Positions 1-9,230 of a DNA stretch of 64,000 bases are shown one piece after another. The notes under the pieces were generated by a model that saw nothing but the letters and a program-made list of their open reading frames with translations, made no database searches and had not been told where the DNA came from. Location: contig CAVRVY010000004.1 of the NCBI GenBank assembly GCA_963724765.1, forward strand, positions 192,001 to 256,000, given 5' to 3'. The position numbers were made by a program, and so were the translations under genes. This stretch comes from an uncultured delta proteobacterium (lineage in GTDB: Bacteria > Desulfobacterota > Binatia > Binatales > Binataceae). Position 1 is the stretch's first letter. Each line of letters opens with the position of its first letter.

Positions 1-566
1 GCCCGCCAGCATCCGATTCGCACTTCGCTCTCGCCTGCTTCGATCGCGTGCACGTAGAGGCGGTCGAGGTATTCGGCGCCGAGCGCGCGCGAGCGCGAGC
101 GGTAGTGCTCCTTGAGCAGGTTGGAATTGATGAGCCCGTCCTCGGGCGAAAAGGTTGCGCCGGCAATTCCGTCGAGCCGATCGATTTCGGGAACGCGGCG
201 ATGCACCGTGGCGGCGTCCAGTTCCTCGATCGGATGGCCGAGTTCGCGCTGCAAAGCGAGATGTTGTTCGGCCTTGGCCCAGGTCGCGGCGTCGTAGAGC
301 CAGAGGTAGCCCTTCTGACGGAAGCCCACCTCTTCGCGCACGCTTTCGTAATATTCGATCGAAGCGCGGCACAGCGTAATATTGACCGGTTGCCACCAGG
401 TCGCGCGCACGCCGCCGGCATTCTTTTCGCTCGAGCTAAGCCGCCCGCTAAGATCGATATCCGCCACGGCGGTTTTGAGCCCGCGCTCGGCGAGCGCCAT
501 CGCGACCGAGCTTCCGATAACCCCGCCGCCAATCAGTACCACGTCATAGTGCCGCCCGCCCGCCAT
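1..566 (-). CDS. FAD-dependent oxidoreductase, DadA/sarcosine oxidase beta-like (3' part outside window)
   Basis: Not in the ORF track. Manual translation from ATG at 566 gives MAGGRHYDVVLIGGGVIGSSVAMALAERG...SSEKNAGGVR (GxGxxG Rossmann motif plus SxxNAG). Confidence 0.85.
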   Translation of the reverse strand, partial: MAGGRHYDVVLIGGGVIGSSVAMALAERGLKTAVADIDLSGRLSSSEKNAGGVRATWWQPVNITLCRASIEYYESVREEVGFRQKGYLWLYDAATWAKAEQHLALQRELGHPIEELDAATVHRRVPEIDRLDGIAGATFSPEDGLINSNLLKEHYRSRSRALGAEYLDRLYVHAIEAGESEVRIGCWR

Positions 567-671
567 GCGTTGATTCTATCGCAAAGTCCTCCGCTGCGCG
601 CTCACCTGCGGCAGGCGCGAGGAAGAATTTGGGACGGTTGTTCAAGCTTTCAGAAGGGGTTATCCTAAAGA

Positions 672-691
672 GCGTAGACAATCTGCTACGC
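672..691. promoter_or_regulatory. Palindromic operator upstream of the TA operon
   Basis: GCGTAG-N8-CTACGC inverted repeat 16 bp before the antitoxin ATG; type II TA operons autorepress at such palindromes. Confidence 0.5.
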
Positions 692-707
692 GACCACAAA
701 CAGGGAC

Positions 708-956
708 ATGAAAACCATACCCCAACGCGAGCTGCGCAATCGTGTAAGCCGCGTCCTGCGCCAAGTCGAAGCGGGCGAACGCATGCGAATCACCGTCGAC
801 GGCCGCCCGGTTGCCGACCTGGTTCCGATCGGCGGCATACGCCGTACGTTCGTACCTCAGGATGAACTGTTGGACCTCCTCGCGCGCGCATCGCTTGACC
901 GGAAATTTACCCGCGATATCGAAGGCGCGGCGGGCGCGACGATTGAGGAACTCTGA
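708..956 (+). CDS. vapB: Phd/YefM-family antitoxin
   Basis: RELRN..SRVLRQVEAGERMRITVDGRPVADLVP Phd signature; stop overlaps the PIN toxin start. Confidence 0.88.
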   Translation: MKTIPQRELRNRVSRVLRQVEAGERMRITVDGRPVADLVPIGGIRRTFVPQDELLDLLARASLDRKFTRDIEGAAGATIEEL

Positions 957-1360
957 TGCCGCCTGCTCCGGCCGCCCCGGATCGCGGGCTGCTCGACACT
1001 TCCATCTTCATCGCACGCGAAAGCAGCCGACCGTTGGGAAGTTTACCCGCCGCGGCGGCCATTTCTGTGGTGACGGTCGCTGAACTGCACCTGGGAGTAC
1101 TGATGGCGGATCGGCCTGCGGTGAGGATACGACGGTTGCGCACGCTAACGTCAGCGCAGAATCTGTTCGAGCCGCTGCCGGTTGATTCCGAAGTGGCTCG
1201 CGCATTTGCCGAGTTGGTCGCTGAGGCTCGGCGCACCGGCAAGCGACCAAAAATAATGGATACATGGATCGCGGCAACCGCATTAGCCCACGATCTTCCG
1301 ATTTATACGCAGGACGACGACTTTCTGGCGATTCCTCAAGTCAAAGTATTTCGGGTTTAA
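956..1360 (+). CDS. vapC: PIN-domain toxin
   Basis: LLDTS, TVAEL, MDTWIAATA and TQDDDF supply the acidic PIN tetrad. Confidence 0.92.
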   Translation: MPPAPAAPDRGLLDTSIFIARESSRPLGSLPAAAAISVVTVAELHLGVLMADRPAVRIRRLRTLTSAQNLFEPLPVDSEVARAFAELVAEARRTGKRPKIMDTWIAATALAHDLPIYTQDDDFLAIPQVKVFRV

Positions 1361-1469
1361 TCTCACACCAATTGTCCATTTCGGGATTGCGCGAGAAGCG
1401 GAGAACGCTGCGCGCGCCGCGATGCCCCTCTTGTTTCGGCCCGGCGACTTTTGCCAAGTTTGAAAGACG

Positions 1470-2234
1470 ATGTGCACGCTCGCCATCTACTTCAAGGTCT
1501 TTCCCGACTATCCGGTCGTGATCGCGGCCAATCGCGACGAATATCTCGCGCGCCCTGCCCTGCCACCGACCACTCTGCTGGAGCTTCCGCACGTCGTCGG
1601 CGGCAAGGACCTCCAGGCGAGCGGCACCTGGCTCGGAATTAACGAGTACGGACTGGTGGCGGGCCTGCTCAACCGCCGGCGCGCCGACTATGGTGATCCC
1701 AATCCGGCGCTGCGCTCGCGGGGCCTGCTATGCCTCGACGCGCTGCGGCATCGGACGACGGCCGAGGCAGCGGCGTTCGTGCACGGCCAGCGGGGCGCGG
1801 ACTACAACGCGTTTAACCTGCTGGTCGCCTCGCGCGAGGCGGCCTTCGTCGCCTACAACCGCGGCGGCGGGCTCGAACTCGTGAATCTCACGCCCGGGAT
1901 GCATCTGCTGACCAATGTCGACCTGAACGATTTCGAGTGCCCGCGAATAAGCCGCGCGCACGACCGTTTCGCCTCGCTATGCGCGCCGGCGGAGTTCGCG
2001 CGCGACCCGCTGGCCCATCGCGAGCAACTCGCACATCTTCTGGCCGATCACTCCACGCAGCTCGACGCGCGCGAGGGACGGCCCAACGCGCTCTGCCAGC
2101 ACATGGGCGACTACGGCACGCGCTCGGCGAGCCTGATTTTCGAAGGGCGCGACGGGAGCGTCAGGCATTTCTTCGCACCGGGGCCGCCTTGTACGGCCCG
2201 CTTCGCGCCCGCGCCGGTTCCCGTGGCTGCGTGA
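1470..2234 (+). CDS. NRDE/TANGO2-family protein
   Basis: N-terminal MC, ANRDE, GTWLG, SRGLL and YGTRS motifs. Confidence 0.9.
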   Translation: MCTLAIYFKVFPDYPVVIAANRDEYLARPALPPTTLLELPHVVGGKDLQASGTWLGINEYGLVAGLLNRRRADYGDPNPALRSRGLLCLDALRHRTTAEAAAFVHGQRGADYNAFNLLVASREAAFVAYNRGGGLELVNLTPGMHLLTNVDLNDFECPRISRAHDRFASLCAPAEFARDPLAHREQLAHLLADHSTQLDAREGRPNALCQHMGDYGTRSASLIFEGRDGSVRHFFAPGPPCTARFAPAPVPVAA

Positions 2235-2237
2235 GAT

Positions 2238-2963
2238 TCAGGCGCGCCGCGGCGGCCGGCGCGCGTATTCGGTGGGGTCTGGAACTCCGGCTTCGCGAAA
2301 GCCCTCGATCCGCTCCGCGCATTTGGTACATCGCCCGCAATGCACGATGCCTTTGGGCCGCGCGCACGTCACGGTGAAACGCAACGGCAGATTCGCGCCG
2401 CGCCGGATCACTTCGCCCTTGGTCATCCCGACAAACGGGCTCAGAATTTTCAGCCTCAGCCCGACGCCGAGATCGATGGCGCGCTCGAGCGCGCGAAAAA
2501 ACTCCGGCCGCGCGTCGGGGAACGGATTACTCTCCAGCGGCGCCATCGCAATCTCGCCAATCCGGTTGTAGGCGCAGAAAATTGCGGCCTTTGCGAGCAA
2601 GCTCAAGTTGCGCCCCAGGATGTAGTTCGACGACACCGCCGCGCGATAGCCCGGCACTTTGCGCCCGGTCATGCTCCAATGGCCGCCGGCCACGTCGCCC
2701 ATCGGCAATTGCAGCACGCTTACCGCGTGGATGCCGGGCATTTTGAGCCGTCGGATGTAGCTTCTAAGCGCGCCGAGTTCGTGCCGCTCCCACATCAGGC
2801 CCGCGCGCATGTAGACCGGAAAAATTTCGCGTCCGCCGCGCGCCAGCTCGGCGAGCATCACCGAGCTGTCCAGTCCGCCGCTCGCCAGCACGGCGAGCCG
2901 CCGCTTGATGGGCACGATCCGGTAGTCGCGATTCACTGATGTTAGCGGGAGCCCGAGTTTCAT
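2238..2963 (-). CDS. queC: 7-cyano-7-deazaguanine synthase-like PP-loop ATPase
   Basis: SGGLDS PP-loop, GRN, PD and C-x8-CxxCxxC Zn motif. Diverges from the canonical YGQRH/PDCR motifs. Confidence 0.75.
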   Translation of the reverse strand: MKLGLPLTSVNRDYRIVPIKRRLAVLASGGLDSSVMLAELARGGREIFPVYMRAGLMWERHELGALRSYIRRLKMPGIHAVSVLQLPMGDVAGGHWSMTGRKVPGYRAAVSSNYILGRNLSLLAKAAIFCAYNRIGEIAMAPLESNPFPDARPEFFRALERAIDLGVGLRLKILSPFVGMTKGEVIRRGANLPLRFTVTCARPKGIVHCGRCTKCAERIEGFREAGVPDPTEYARRPPRRA

Positions 2964-2964
2964 C

Positions 2965-4524
2965 TCAGCGCGACGAGCTTGCGCTCAGGGCGACGAGCTT
3001 GCGCGCATCAAGATAGGAAGTGATCAGCGCTGCGCCGCGCTCCGAAGCCGCTGTCGCCACGTAGCCGTCGGGTCGCACGAGATACACGGCATCGCGCCGC
3101 AGTCCGGACCGATCCATCTCTGGACGCCAGGGAAAAACGTGTAGCGGCAATTTTCGCTCCTCACACAACGTCCGGATTTCCTCCGGGGCGCCGCCGTATA
3201 CATGAACCTGCCAATCAAGCGAGGTCAGCGGAATGAAGTTGTCCTTGACGCCTTCGTCCGTCTTCGCCCACGGCAGACGGTCGCCACCGTGAACCGCGCC
3301 GACACGCCCCTCACTCAAGCTGCTTGCGCGGTAGTTCACCGCCGTCTGTGAGACCGTACGAAACATGAGGAGCCGCACCGACTTGAGCCTGGACAGGAGC
3401 GGGAGCAGAAGCGGCACGATTTGCATTCGCACCCGGCGAGCGACCGCGCCGGGGCTGGTAACGCCGGTAAACGCCCGATCGGTGGTTGCGACCAGGCGCC
3501 GCGCGAAAGCGATTCGCTCCGGCTCGTAGCTCTCCAGCAGCGACCCGTCCGCACGGCCCTTGACGACGGCAGCCAGTTTCCACGCGAGATTGACCGCGTC
3601 GCCGATGCCGGTGTTCATGCCCTGTCCACCCACGGGACTATGAATGTGCGCAGCGTCGCCGAGCACGAACGCGCGGCCCTTACGAAAATGATCGGCGACT
3701 CGATGATACACATGGTAAGTCGAGAACCAGTTCACGCGTTCAACGGCGATGCCCATCCAATCGATTACGCGCTTGCTGACGTCGTTCCAGGAAAGGTTTT
3801 CATGTCGTGGTTGGGTTTCGCGCACTGTGCCGACGAGCCGGGCGCGCCCCTCGCCCTTCAGCGGGAATACGGCCAGGAAGTCCGTCGTTTCCAGATCGAC
3901 GTGCACCTCGCCATTCATCGTCGATCCTTTCGCTTCAACGTCGGCGACGTAAAAAACGTGATCGTACGCTCCGCCCGGGAACCCGATCTCCAGTGCCTCG
4001 CGGACCCTGGAATGTGCGCCGTCGCATCCGGCTATATAGGCCGCCTCGCATTCCTGCGCGGCTCCGTCGGACCGTTTAAGGCGCGCGCGTACCCGACCGG
4101 CCGAATCTTCGAAGCCCAGTAGCTCCGTCCGGCGCTCGACCTCGACGCCGGCCTGGATCAGGCGATCAATCAACAGACGCTCGTGCTCGTCCTGAGGAAA
4201 AATCAGCGCGTAGGGGAACGGGCTTAGTTCGGCGCCCACATCGCCAAAGGCAAGACGTCCGACCTTTTTGCCGGACACCCATAAATTCACGGCGGCGGTT
4301 TTCCGTCCACGCTCGACCAGCGCGTCAGCCAGACCGATTTGGCTGTACAGCTCCAGCGTGCGTGCCTGCACGGCCAGCGCGCGCGACGTCGTCTCCGGCT
4401 CCGCCGCCTTGTCGATGATCCTCACGCGCACGCCCAGCCGCGTCAGCCACAGCGCCAACACCAAACCTGTCGGCCCTGCGCCGACGATGAGGACGTCCGT
4501 GTCGTGCATCGGTGATGTACTCAT
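2965..4524 (-). CDS. FAD-dependent monooxygenase (PheA/TfdB family)
   Basis: GAGPTG, GCDGAHS and GDAAHIHSPVGGQGMNTG motifs. Confidence 0.92.
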   Translation of the reverse strand: MSTSPMHDTDVLIVGAGPTGLVLALWLTRLGVRVRIIDKAAEPETTSRALAVQARTLELYSQIGLADALVERGRKTAAVNLWVSGKKVGRLAFGDVGAELSPFPYALIFPQDEHERLLIDRLIQAGVEVERRTELLGFEDSAGRVRARLKRSDGAAQECEAAYIAGCDGAHSRVREALEIGFPGGAYDHVFYVADVEAKGSTMNGEVHVDLETTDFLAVFPLKGEGRARLVGTVRETQPRHENLSWNDVSKRVIDWMGIAVERVNWFSTYHVYHRVADHFRKGRAFVLGDAAHIHSPVGGQGMNTGIGDAVNLAWKLAAVVKGRADGSLLESYEPERIAFARRLVATTDRAFTGVTSPGAVARRVRMQIVPLLLPLLSRLKSVRLLMFRTVSQTAVNYRASSLSEGRVGAVHGGDRLPWAKTDEGVKDNFIPLTSLDWQVHVYGGAPEEIRTLCEERKLPLHVFPWRPEMDRSGLRRDAVYLVRPDGYVATAASERGAALITSYLDARKLVALSASSSR

Positions 4525-4583
4525 CGTCTAAGTCAGTTCGGGTAAAATCAGTTCGGGTAAAATCAGTCAGGGCGCCAAAGCTG

Positions 4584-5318
4584 TCAGTTGAGCAGGCGGC
4601 CGCCGTCGAGCACCAGCGTCGCGCCGGTGGCGAAGTCGGTGCCCTCGCACAAGAACATCACCGCGCGCGCAACATCTTCCGGAGAGCCCAGCCGCTTGAC
4701 CAGCGTTCCCGCAACCATGCGAGCGGTTTCCTCGTCGCTGGAGTCCTCGGGCGGCATCACGGGCCCCAGCGCGACGCAGTTGACCTGGACCTCGGGCGCC
4801 AGCGCTTTGGCCAGCGCGCGCGTCAATCCGATGAGCCCGCTCTTGGAGACCGTGTACGGCAGGTAATTGTTGTAGGGGCGAATCCCGGCCCAGTCGCCGA
4901 TGTTGACGATTTTGCCCGCGCCCTGACGACGCATCGCCGCGCCCGCGAACTTGGAAAGAAAAAACGGAGCTTTCAGATTCGTGTCGAGGTTGACGTCCCA
5001 GTCGTGCTCGGTGACCTCCTCGAGCGGCTTGCGATAGAAGACCGACGCGCAGTTGACCAGCACGTCGATACGGCTAAACACGCTTAGCACTTCGCTGACC
5101 ATCCGCTCGATCTCGGCCACGCTTTCGAGATTCGCGCCGAAGGCGCGCGCGGCGCCGCCCGTGCGCGCGATCTCAGCGACAAACGATTCGGCCTCGGCGC
5201 GCGAGCGGTTGTAGTGCACCGCAACCGCGGCTCCGCGCTCGGCGAAGTGCTCCGCAATCGTACGGCCCACGCGGCGCGCGGCGCCGGTCACCAGTGCGAC
5301 CTTGCCCTTGAGTTCCAT
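4584..5318 (-). CDS. SDR oxidoreductase, pteridine reductase/FolM-like
   Basis: TGAARRVG (Arg-containing variant typical of PTR1/FolM), HYNRS, YxxSK. Confidence 0.8.
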   Translation of the reverse strand: MELKGKVALVTGAARRVGRTIAEHFAERGAAVAVHYNRSRAEAESFVAEIARTGGAARAFGANLESVAEIERMVSEVLSVFSRIDVLVNCASVFYRKPLEEVTEHDWDVNLDTNLKAPFFLSKFAGAAMRRQGAGKIVNIGDWAGIRPYNNYLPYTVSKSGLIGLTRALAKALAPEVQVNCVALGPVMPPEDSSDEETARMVAGTLVKRLGSPEDVARAVMFLCEGTDFATGATLVLDGGRLLN

Positions 5319-5399
5319 CCGTTAGTGCAGGCTTCCGGCGTGCAAGCGCGATCCGCCGGATGGCTGCGGGGATATTGTTGCGAAGACCGCGGCGGCGGT

Positions 5400-6662
5400 C
5401 TATAGCGCAGCCTTCACCGCGCGCACTAGCGCGAGGTTGTCCGAATGGCCGGTCTTGTGCGCGATGACGTGGCCCAGGATCGGCCGTCCCAGCAGGTAGA
5501 GGTCGCCGATCAGGTCGAGCACCTTGTGGCGCGCGAATTCGTCAGCGAAGCGCAGCGTCGTGTTAACCACCTTCTCGTCGTCGATTAGGATCAGGTTGTC
5601 GAGCCGCCCGCCGCTGGCGAGACCCATCTCGGCCAGCTTGTGGAATTCATGCACGAAGCCGAAGGTCCGCGCGGGAGCGATCTCGCGTATGTAGGCCGCG
5701 GGTGAGGTCAACTCGAAATGCACGCTCTGGCGTCCGATCGGCCGCGGATATTCCAGGGTGTAGTCGACTATGAGGTGATCGGCGGGCTCGACGCGGATCG
5801 ACTCGCCGTTGTTGCCGACCACGATCGGACGCTCGACTTTGACCGGCTCGACCGCGGCTTCCTGCTCTTCCACACCCACTTCGGATATCTGCCGGCAGAA
5901 TTCGATCGCCGAACCGTCGAGCGCCGGCACTTCGTCGTCGGTCTTGATCAGCAGGTTGCTGATTCCCATCCCGTGCAGCGCGGACATCAGGTGCTCGACC
6001 GTGCGTACGGAACGTCCGCCCGCCGTAAGCGTGGTGTTGTAGCCCGTATCGGTGACGTTCTCCAGCCGCGCCGCGATCGCGGTCTCGTCGGCGACCGAGG
6101 AAAAGACGATTCCGAAGCCGGCCGGCGCGGGATGCAGGATCACCCCGGTCTTGAGCCCCGAATGGAGTCCCTGCCCTGCCGCGACCACCGAGCGCACCAG
6201 CGTGCGCTGTTTGAGTCCGGAAATCCCTGCGAGCGGCGTCGGTCGCGGCACCGCCCCGGCGTCAATTGCCGTCGCGCCTGGCATGCGCACGCCGCCTGCC
6301 TCGCGTTCGAGCACGCGTTCGATCGAAGTCAGCAGACCACTGACCGAAAACGGCTTCTCGATGAAGTCGGCGGCGCCAAGCCGGGTCGCGGCGACCGCGT
6401 TCTGGATGTTGCCGTGGCCCGAGATCATGATCACGCGGACCTCGGGCCGCTCGGCCTTGATCCGGCGGAGTAACTCGATGCCGTCGATGTTGGGCATCCA
6501 GATGTCGAGCAATACGAGCGCCGGGTTCTCGCGCGCGATAAGCGCCATCACGCCGGCGGGATCGCCGGTGTCGAGTACGCGAAAGCCCTCGTCGCCCAAA
6601 ATTCCACGGAGCGATGACCGAATCCGCTCCTCATCATCCACCACCAATACGGTCTCGTTCAC
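5400..6662 (-). CDS. lpxC: Receiver (REC) domain fused to UDP-3-O-acyl-GlcNAc deacetylase LpxC
   Basis: Residues ~1-120 are REC (VVDDE, LLDIWMP, ISGHG, FIEKP). After a linker comes LpxC (KQRTL, GLHSG, TVEHLMSA, EVPALDGSA, APARTFGF, RHKVLDLIGDL, KTGH). Confidence 0.93.
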   Translation of the reverse strand: MNETVLVVDDEERIRSSLRGILGDEGFRVLDTGDPAGVMALIARENPALVLLDIWMPNIDGIELLRRIKAERPEVRVIMISGHGNIQNAVAATRLGAADFIEKPFSVSGLLTSIERVLEREAGGVRMPGATAIDAGAVPRPTPLAGISGLKQRTLVRSVVAAGQGLHSGLKTGVILHPAPAGFGIVFSSVADETAIAARLENVTDTGYNTTLTAGGRSVRTVEHLMSALHGMGISNLLIKTDDEVPALDGSAIEFCRQISEVGVEEQEAAVEPVKVERPIVVGNNGESIRVEPADHLIVDYTLEYPRPIGRQSVHFELTSPAAYIREIAPARTFGFVHEFHKLAEMGLASGGRLDNLILIDDEKVVNTTLRFADEFARHKVLDLIGDLYLLGRPILGHVIAHKTGHSDNLALVRAVKAAL

Positions 6663-6731
6663 TATTGTCCTTTGGATAGAATGGTTCGCGCCGATTGAAT
6701 AGAAGGCTGGCGCGCCGGGATGCCCGCGCGC

Positions 6732-8966
6732 CTAGCCGAGAACCTTGGCTGATAGCTGGTCTTTTATCGGAAACTCGAGCACGAATCTACTTCCCCTGGG
6801 CGGGTTGTCGCGCACCCGCACGAAGCCGTGATGGTCACCGACGATCGCAGAGACGATCGCCAGGCCGAGACCGGTGCCGCCCTTGCGGGTGGAAAAGTAG
6901 GGCTCGAAAATTCGCGACCGCAGCGCCAGTGGGATGCCGGGGCCGTTGTCGCCTACCTCCAGCGTGACCACGCCGCTTTGCGCGTCGAGCGCGGTGCGAA
7001 CTTCGATTCGCGGCCGTGCGCCGTTGGGGTTGGCCGTGACGGCGGCGTTGACCGCGTTCTCGAGCAGGTTGACCAGTGCACGCTTGAGCGCGTCGCGGTC
7101 GATCGCGATTTGTGGCAGCGCGGGCGCCAGCGCGACCCCGAAGTCGACGCCCGGGTTGGCGTCGCGAAAGGTCGCCACTGTCTCCTCCGTCAGCGGGTTG
7201 AGATCGCCCGGCGTGGGATTGAGATGCGGCATCCGGGCGAACGCTGAGAATTCGCTCACCAGGCGCTTTAGGTCCTCAACCTCACCGATAATAATGCGCG
7301 TGCATTCGTCGACCAGCTTGGCGTCGCCGCCGGAGCGCGTGGCGAGCTGGCGGCGTAGCCGCTCGGCCGAGAGCTGGATCGGAGTGAGCGGATTTTTAAT
7401 CTCGTGCGCGATCCTGCGGGCGACCTCGCGCCACGCTTCCATCCGCTCGACCTTGGCCAGCTGGCTCACGTCCTCCAGGAACAGTACCGTGCCCAACTCG
7501 CCGTCGCTGTCCTCGCCGAGCGCGCTCGCCGTGACCATCAGCTCGATTTCGCCGCCGCCCAGCGGCTGCAGCTTAATCGAGGAGCGGGCTTCATGGGGAC
7601 GGCGATGCTCGGCGAAAATTTCCTCCAGCGAGTGCGCCAATGCGGGCTGGAACACGGCGCGCCATCCGCGCCCCAGCACCTCTCCCGCCTTGAGCCCGAG
7701 TATCCTCTCCGCATACGGATTGATCGCGGTCACGATACCGTGAGGGTCCAGGCCGACCACGCCCGCGCTGACGTTACGCAGCAGCGTCTCGGTATACGCA
7801 CGGCGGCGCTCAAGCTCGGTCTGTGAAGCACGCAGGTCGGTCGTCATCCGGTTGAACGAGTTCACCAGTTGACCGATTTCGTCGTCGCCGACCGAGGGGA
7901 TTTCGTAATCGAGGTCGCCATGGGCGATCGCTTGCGTGCCTTCGGCCAACAACTTAATCGGAACCGTCACGCTGCGCGCGAGATACATACCAAACCAGCT
8001 CGCCAGCAGCACCACCACCAGCCCAATCAGCATCAGGGCGAGAAAGTAGCTGCGCATGATGGGCTGACGCAGCGTACGCAATTGAAAGTAATCCTCGAAA
8101 GTCTGCGAGATACCGGCCGCGCGCTGCGCCAGGCTGCGTGGCAGGTAATAGTCGACCACCACCGCGCCGGTCACCACGTCGGACTCCGGCGACGAATAGA
8201 TCGGCGCGGTGCCGCGAATCACGTCCGACTTTCCGAAGCGGTCGGTGCGCGTGACCGCGTGGCCGCCGAGTGTTTGCGCCAGCAATGGCGAGTCTGGCGC
8301 CACGCCGATCCCGGTCGGAGTCCTGGGGCTGAGTGCGATCAGCAGAAGACGGCGAGTGTTATCGAAGACCTCGATCGTACCGAGGTTGTAGTCCTGCTGA
8401 CGCTGCGCGACGAAACTTTTCAACTCGGCGCGCCGTTCGGGCCGCAGCAAGTCCTTGGCCGCGACCTCGCCAGCTATTTCGCGCGCGAAGTGGGCTGCGT
8501 TGTTGGCCGCGCTCAGGTAATAGACTTTCGCGATATCGAGCGAGTCGTCGAGTACGCGTTCATATTCGGGATTAAACCAGCTCGCGACGTCGGCGCGCAA
8601 AAACGCTCCCGCGACGATCAGCAGAAACAGACTTGGCACCAGGGCCACCGCGATGAAGCCGAGCACCAGGCGCACCTGGAACTTGGAGCCGATGAGGCCG
8701 CGGCGATGCTCGAAGATGACCTTGGCCAGGTTGCGTCCGACCAGTAGCAGGAGCAGGCCCAGCAGCAGGAAGCTGATGTCGAACAGCAGGATTACGACCA
8801 GGTTGGAGACCAGTGAAGTATGGCGGGTAAGCGGCGGCAGCTCGGTCTGCGCGAGCACGAAGGCAACCAGCACCGTGGCCGCCACACCCACCGCGATAAG
8901 CTCGCGGCGGCGCCGCTTGAGGTCGGCCTGGCGCGTGGAGTCGCGAGCGCTATGGTCACCGGTCAC
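6732..8966 (-). CDS. ntrY: NtrY-type membrane sensor histidine kinase (TM-HAMP-PAS-HisKA-HATPase)
   Basis: AWREVARRIAHEIKNPLTPIQLSAERL H-box; N, G1, F and G2 boxes; N-terminal TM helices and HAMP. Confidence 0.88.
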   Translation of the reverse strand: MTGDHSARDSTRQADLKRRRRELIAVGVAATVLVAFVLAQTELPPLTRHTSLVSNLVVILLFDISFLLLGLLLLLVGRNLAKVIFEHRRGLIGSKFQVRLVLGFIAVALVPSLFLLIVAGAFLRADVASWFNPEYERVLDDSLDIAKVYYLSAANNAAHFAREIAGEVAAKDLLRPERRAELKSFVAQRQQDYNLGTIEVFDNTRRLLLIALSPRTPTGIGVAPDSPLLAQTLGGHAVTRTDRFGKSDVIRGTAPIYSSPESDVVTGAVVVDYYLPRSLAQRAAGISQTFEDYFQLRTLRQPIMRSYFLALMLIGLVVVLLASWFGMYLARSVTVPIKLLAEGTQAIAHGDLDYEIPSVGDDEIGQLVNSFNRMTTDLRASQTELERRRAYTETLLRNVSAGVVGLDPHGIVTAINPYAERILGLKAGEVLGRGWRAVFQPALAHSLEEIFAEHRRPHEARSSIKLQPLGGGEIELMVTASALGEDSDGELGTVLFLEDVSQLAKVERMEAWREVARRIAHEIKNPLTPIQLSAERLRRQLATRSGGDAKLVDECTRIIIGEVEDLKRLVSEFSAFARMPHLNPTPGDLNPLTEETVATFRDANPGVDFGVALAPALPQIAIDRDALKRALVNLLENAVNAAVTANPNGARPRIEVRTALDAQSGVVTLEVGDNGPGIPLALRSRIFEPYFSTRKGGTGLGLAIVSAIVGDHHGFVRVRDNPPRGSRFVLEFPIKDQLSAKVLG

Positions 8967-8969
8967 GGC

Positions 8970-9182
8970 TCAGCGCCTCAGCCAAGCCACGATCAGGCTC
9001 AGCACGATGCTGACTACGATCGAAGTGGTGATCGGAAAGTAGAAGCTGAAGTTGCCGCCCCGTACGTAAATATCGCCGGGCAGCCGCGTCGGTATTGACC
9101 CCGATCCGAAGCCCCATACCGCCGCTCCCAGCACGACCAGTATCAGCCCCGTCACGATCAGTGCCTTCCCTAACGGCGCCAT
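8970..9182 (-). CDS. DUF2905-family small membrane protein
   Basis: RLPGDI..RGGNFSFYFPITTSIVVSIVLS signature. Confidence 0.85.
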   Translation of the reverse strand: MAPLGKALIVTGLILVVLGAAVWGFGSGSIPTRLPGDIYVRGGNFSFYFPITTSIVVSIVLSLIVAWLRR

Positions 9183-9230
9183 CGTCACGTATTCCGCGCG
9201 CATCCGCGCGCGGCCCAGGCGCTGCGTGCG

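Noticed and set aside
643-670. dif-like site (CAAGCTTTCAG-AAGGGG-TTATCCTAAAG) upstream of vapBC
   Set aside because: Only the right arm resembles XerD, and no partner site was seen downstream of the TA pair.
2238-2963. QueC-like antiphage component (QatC or type IV CBASS)
   Set aside because: No TatD, TGT, ATPase or cyclase neighbours; size and context fit a metabolic QueC.
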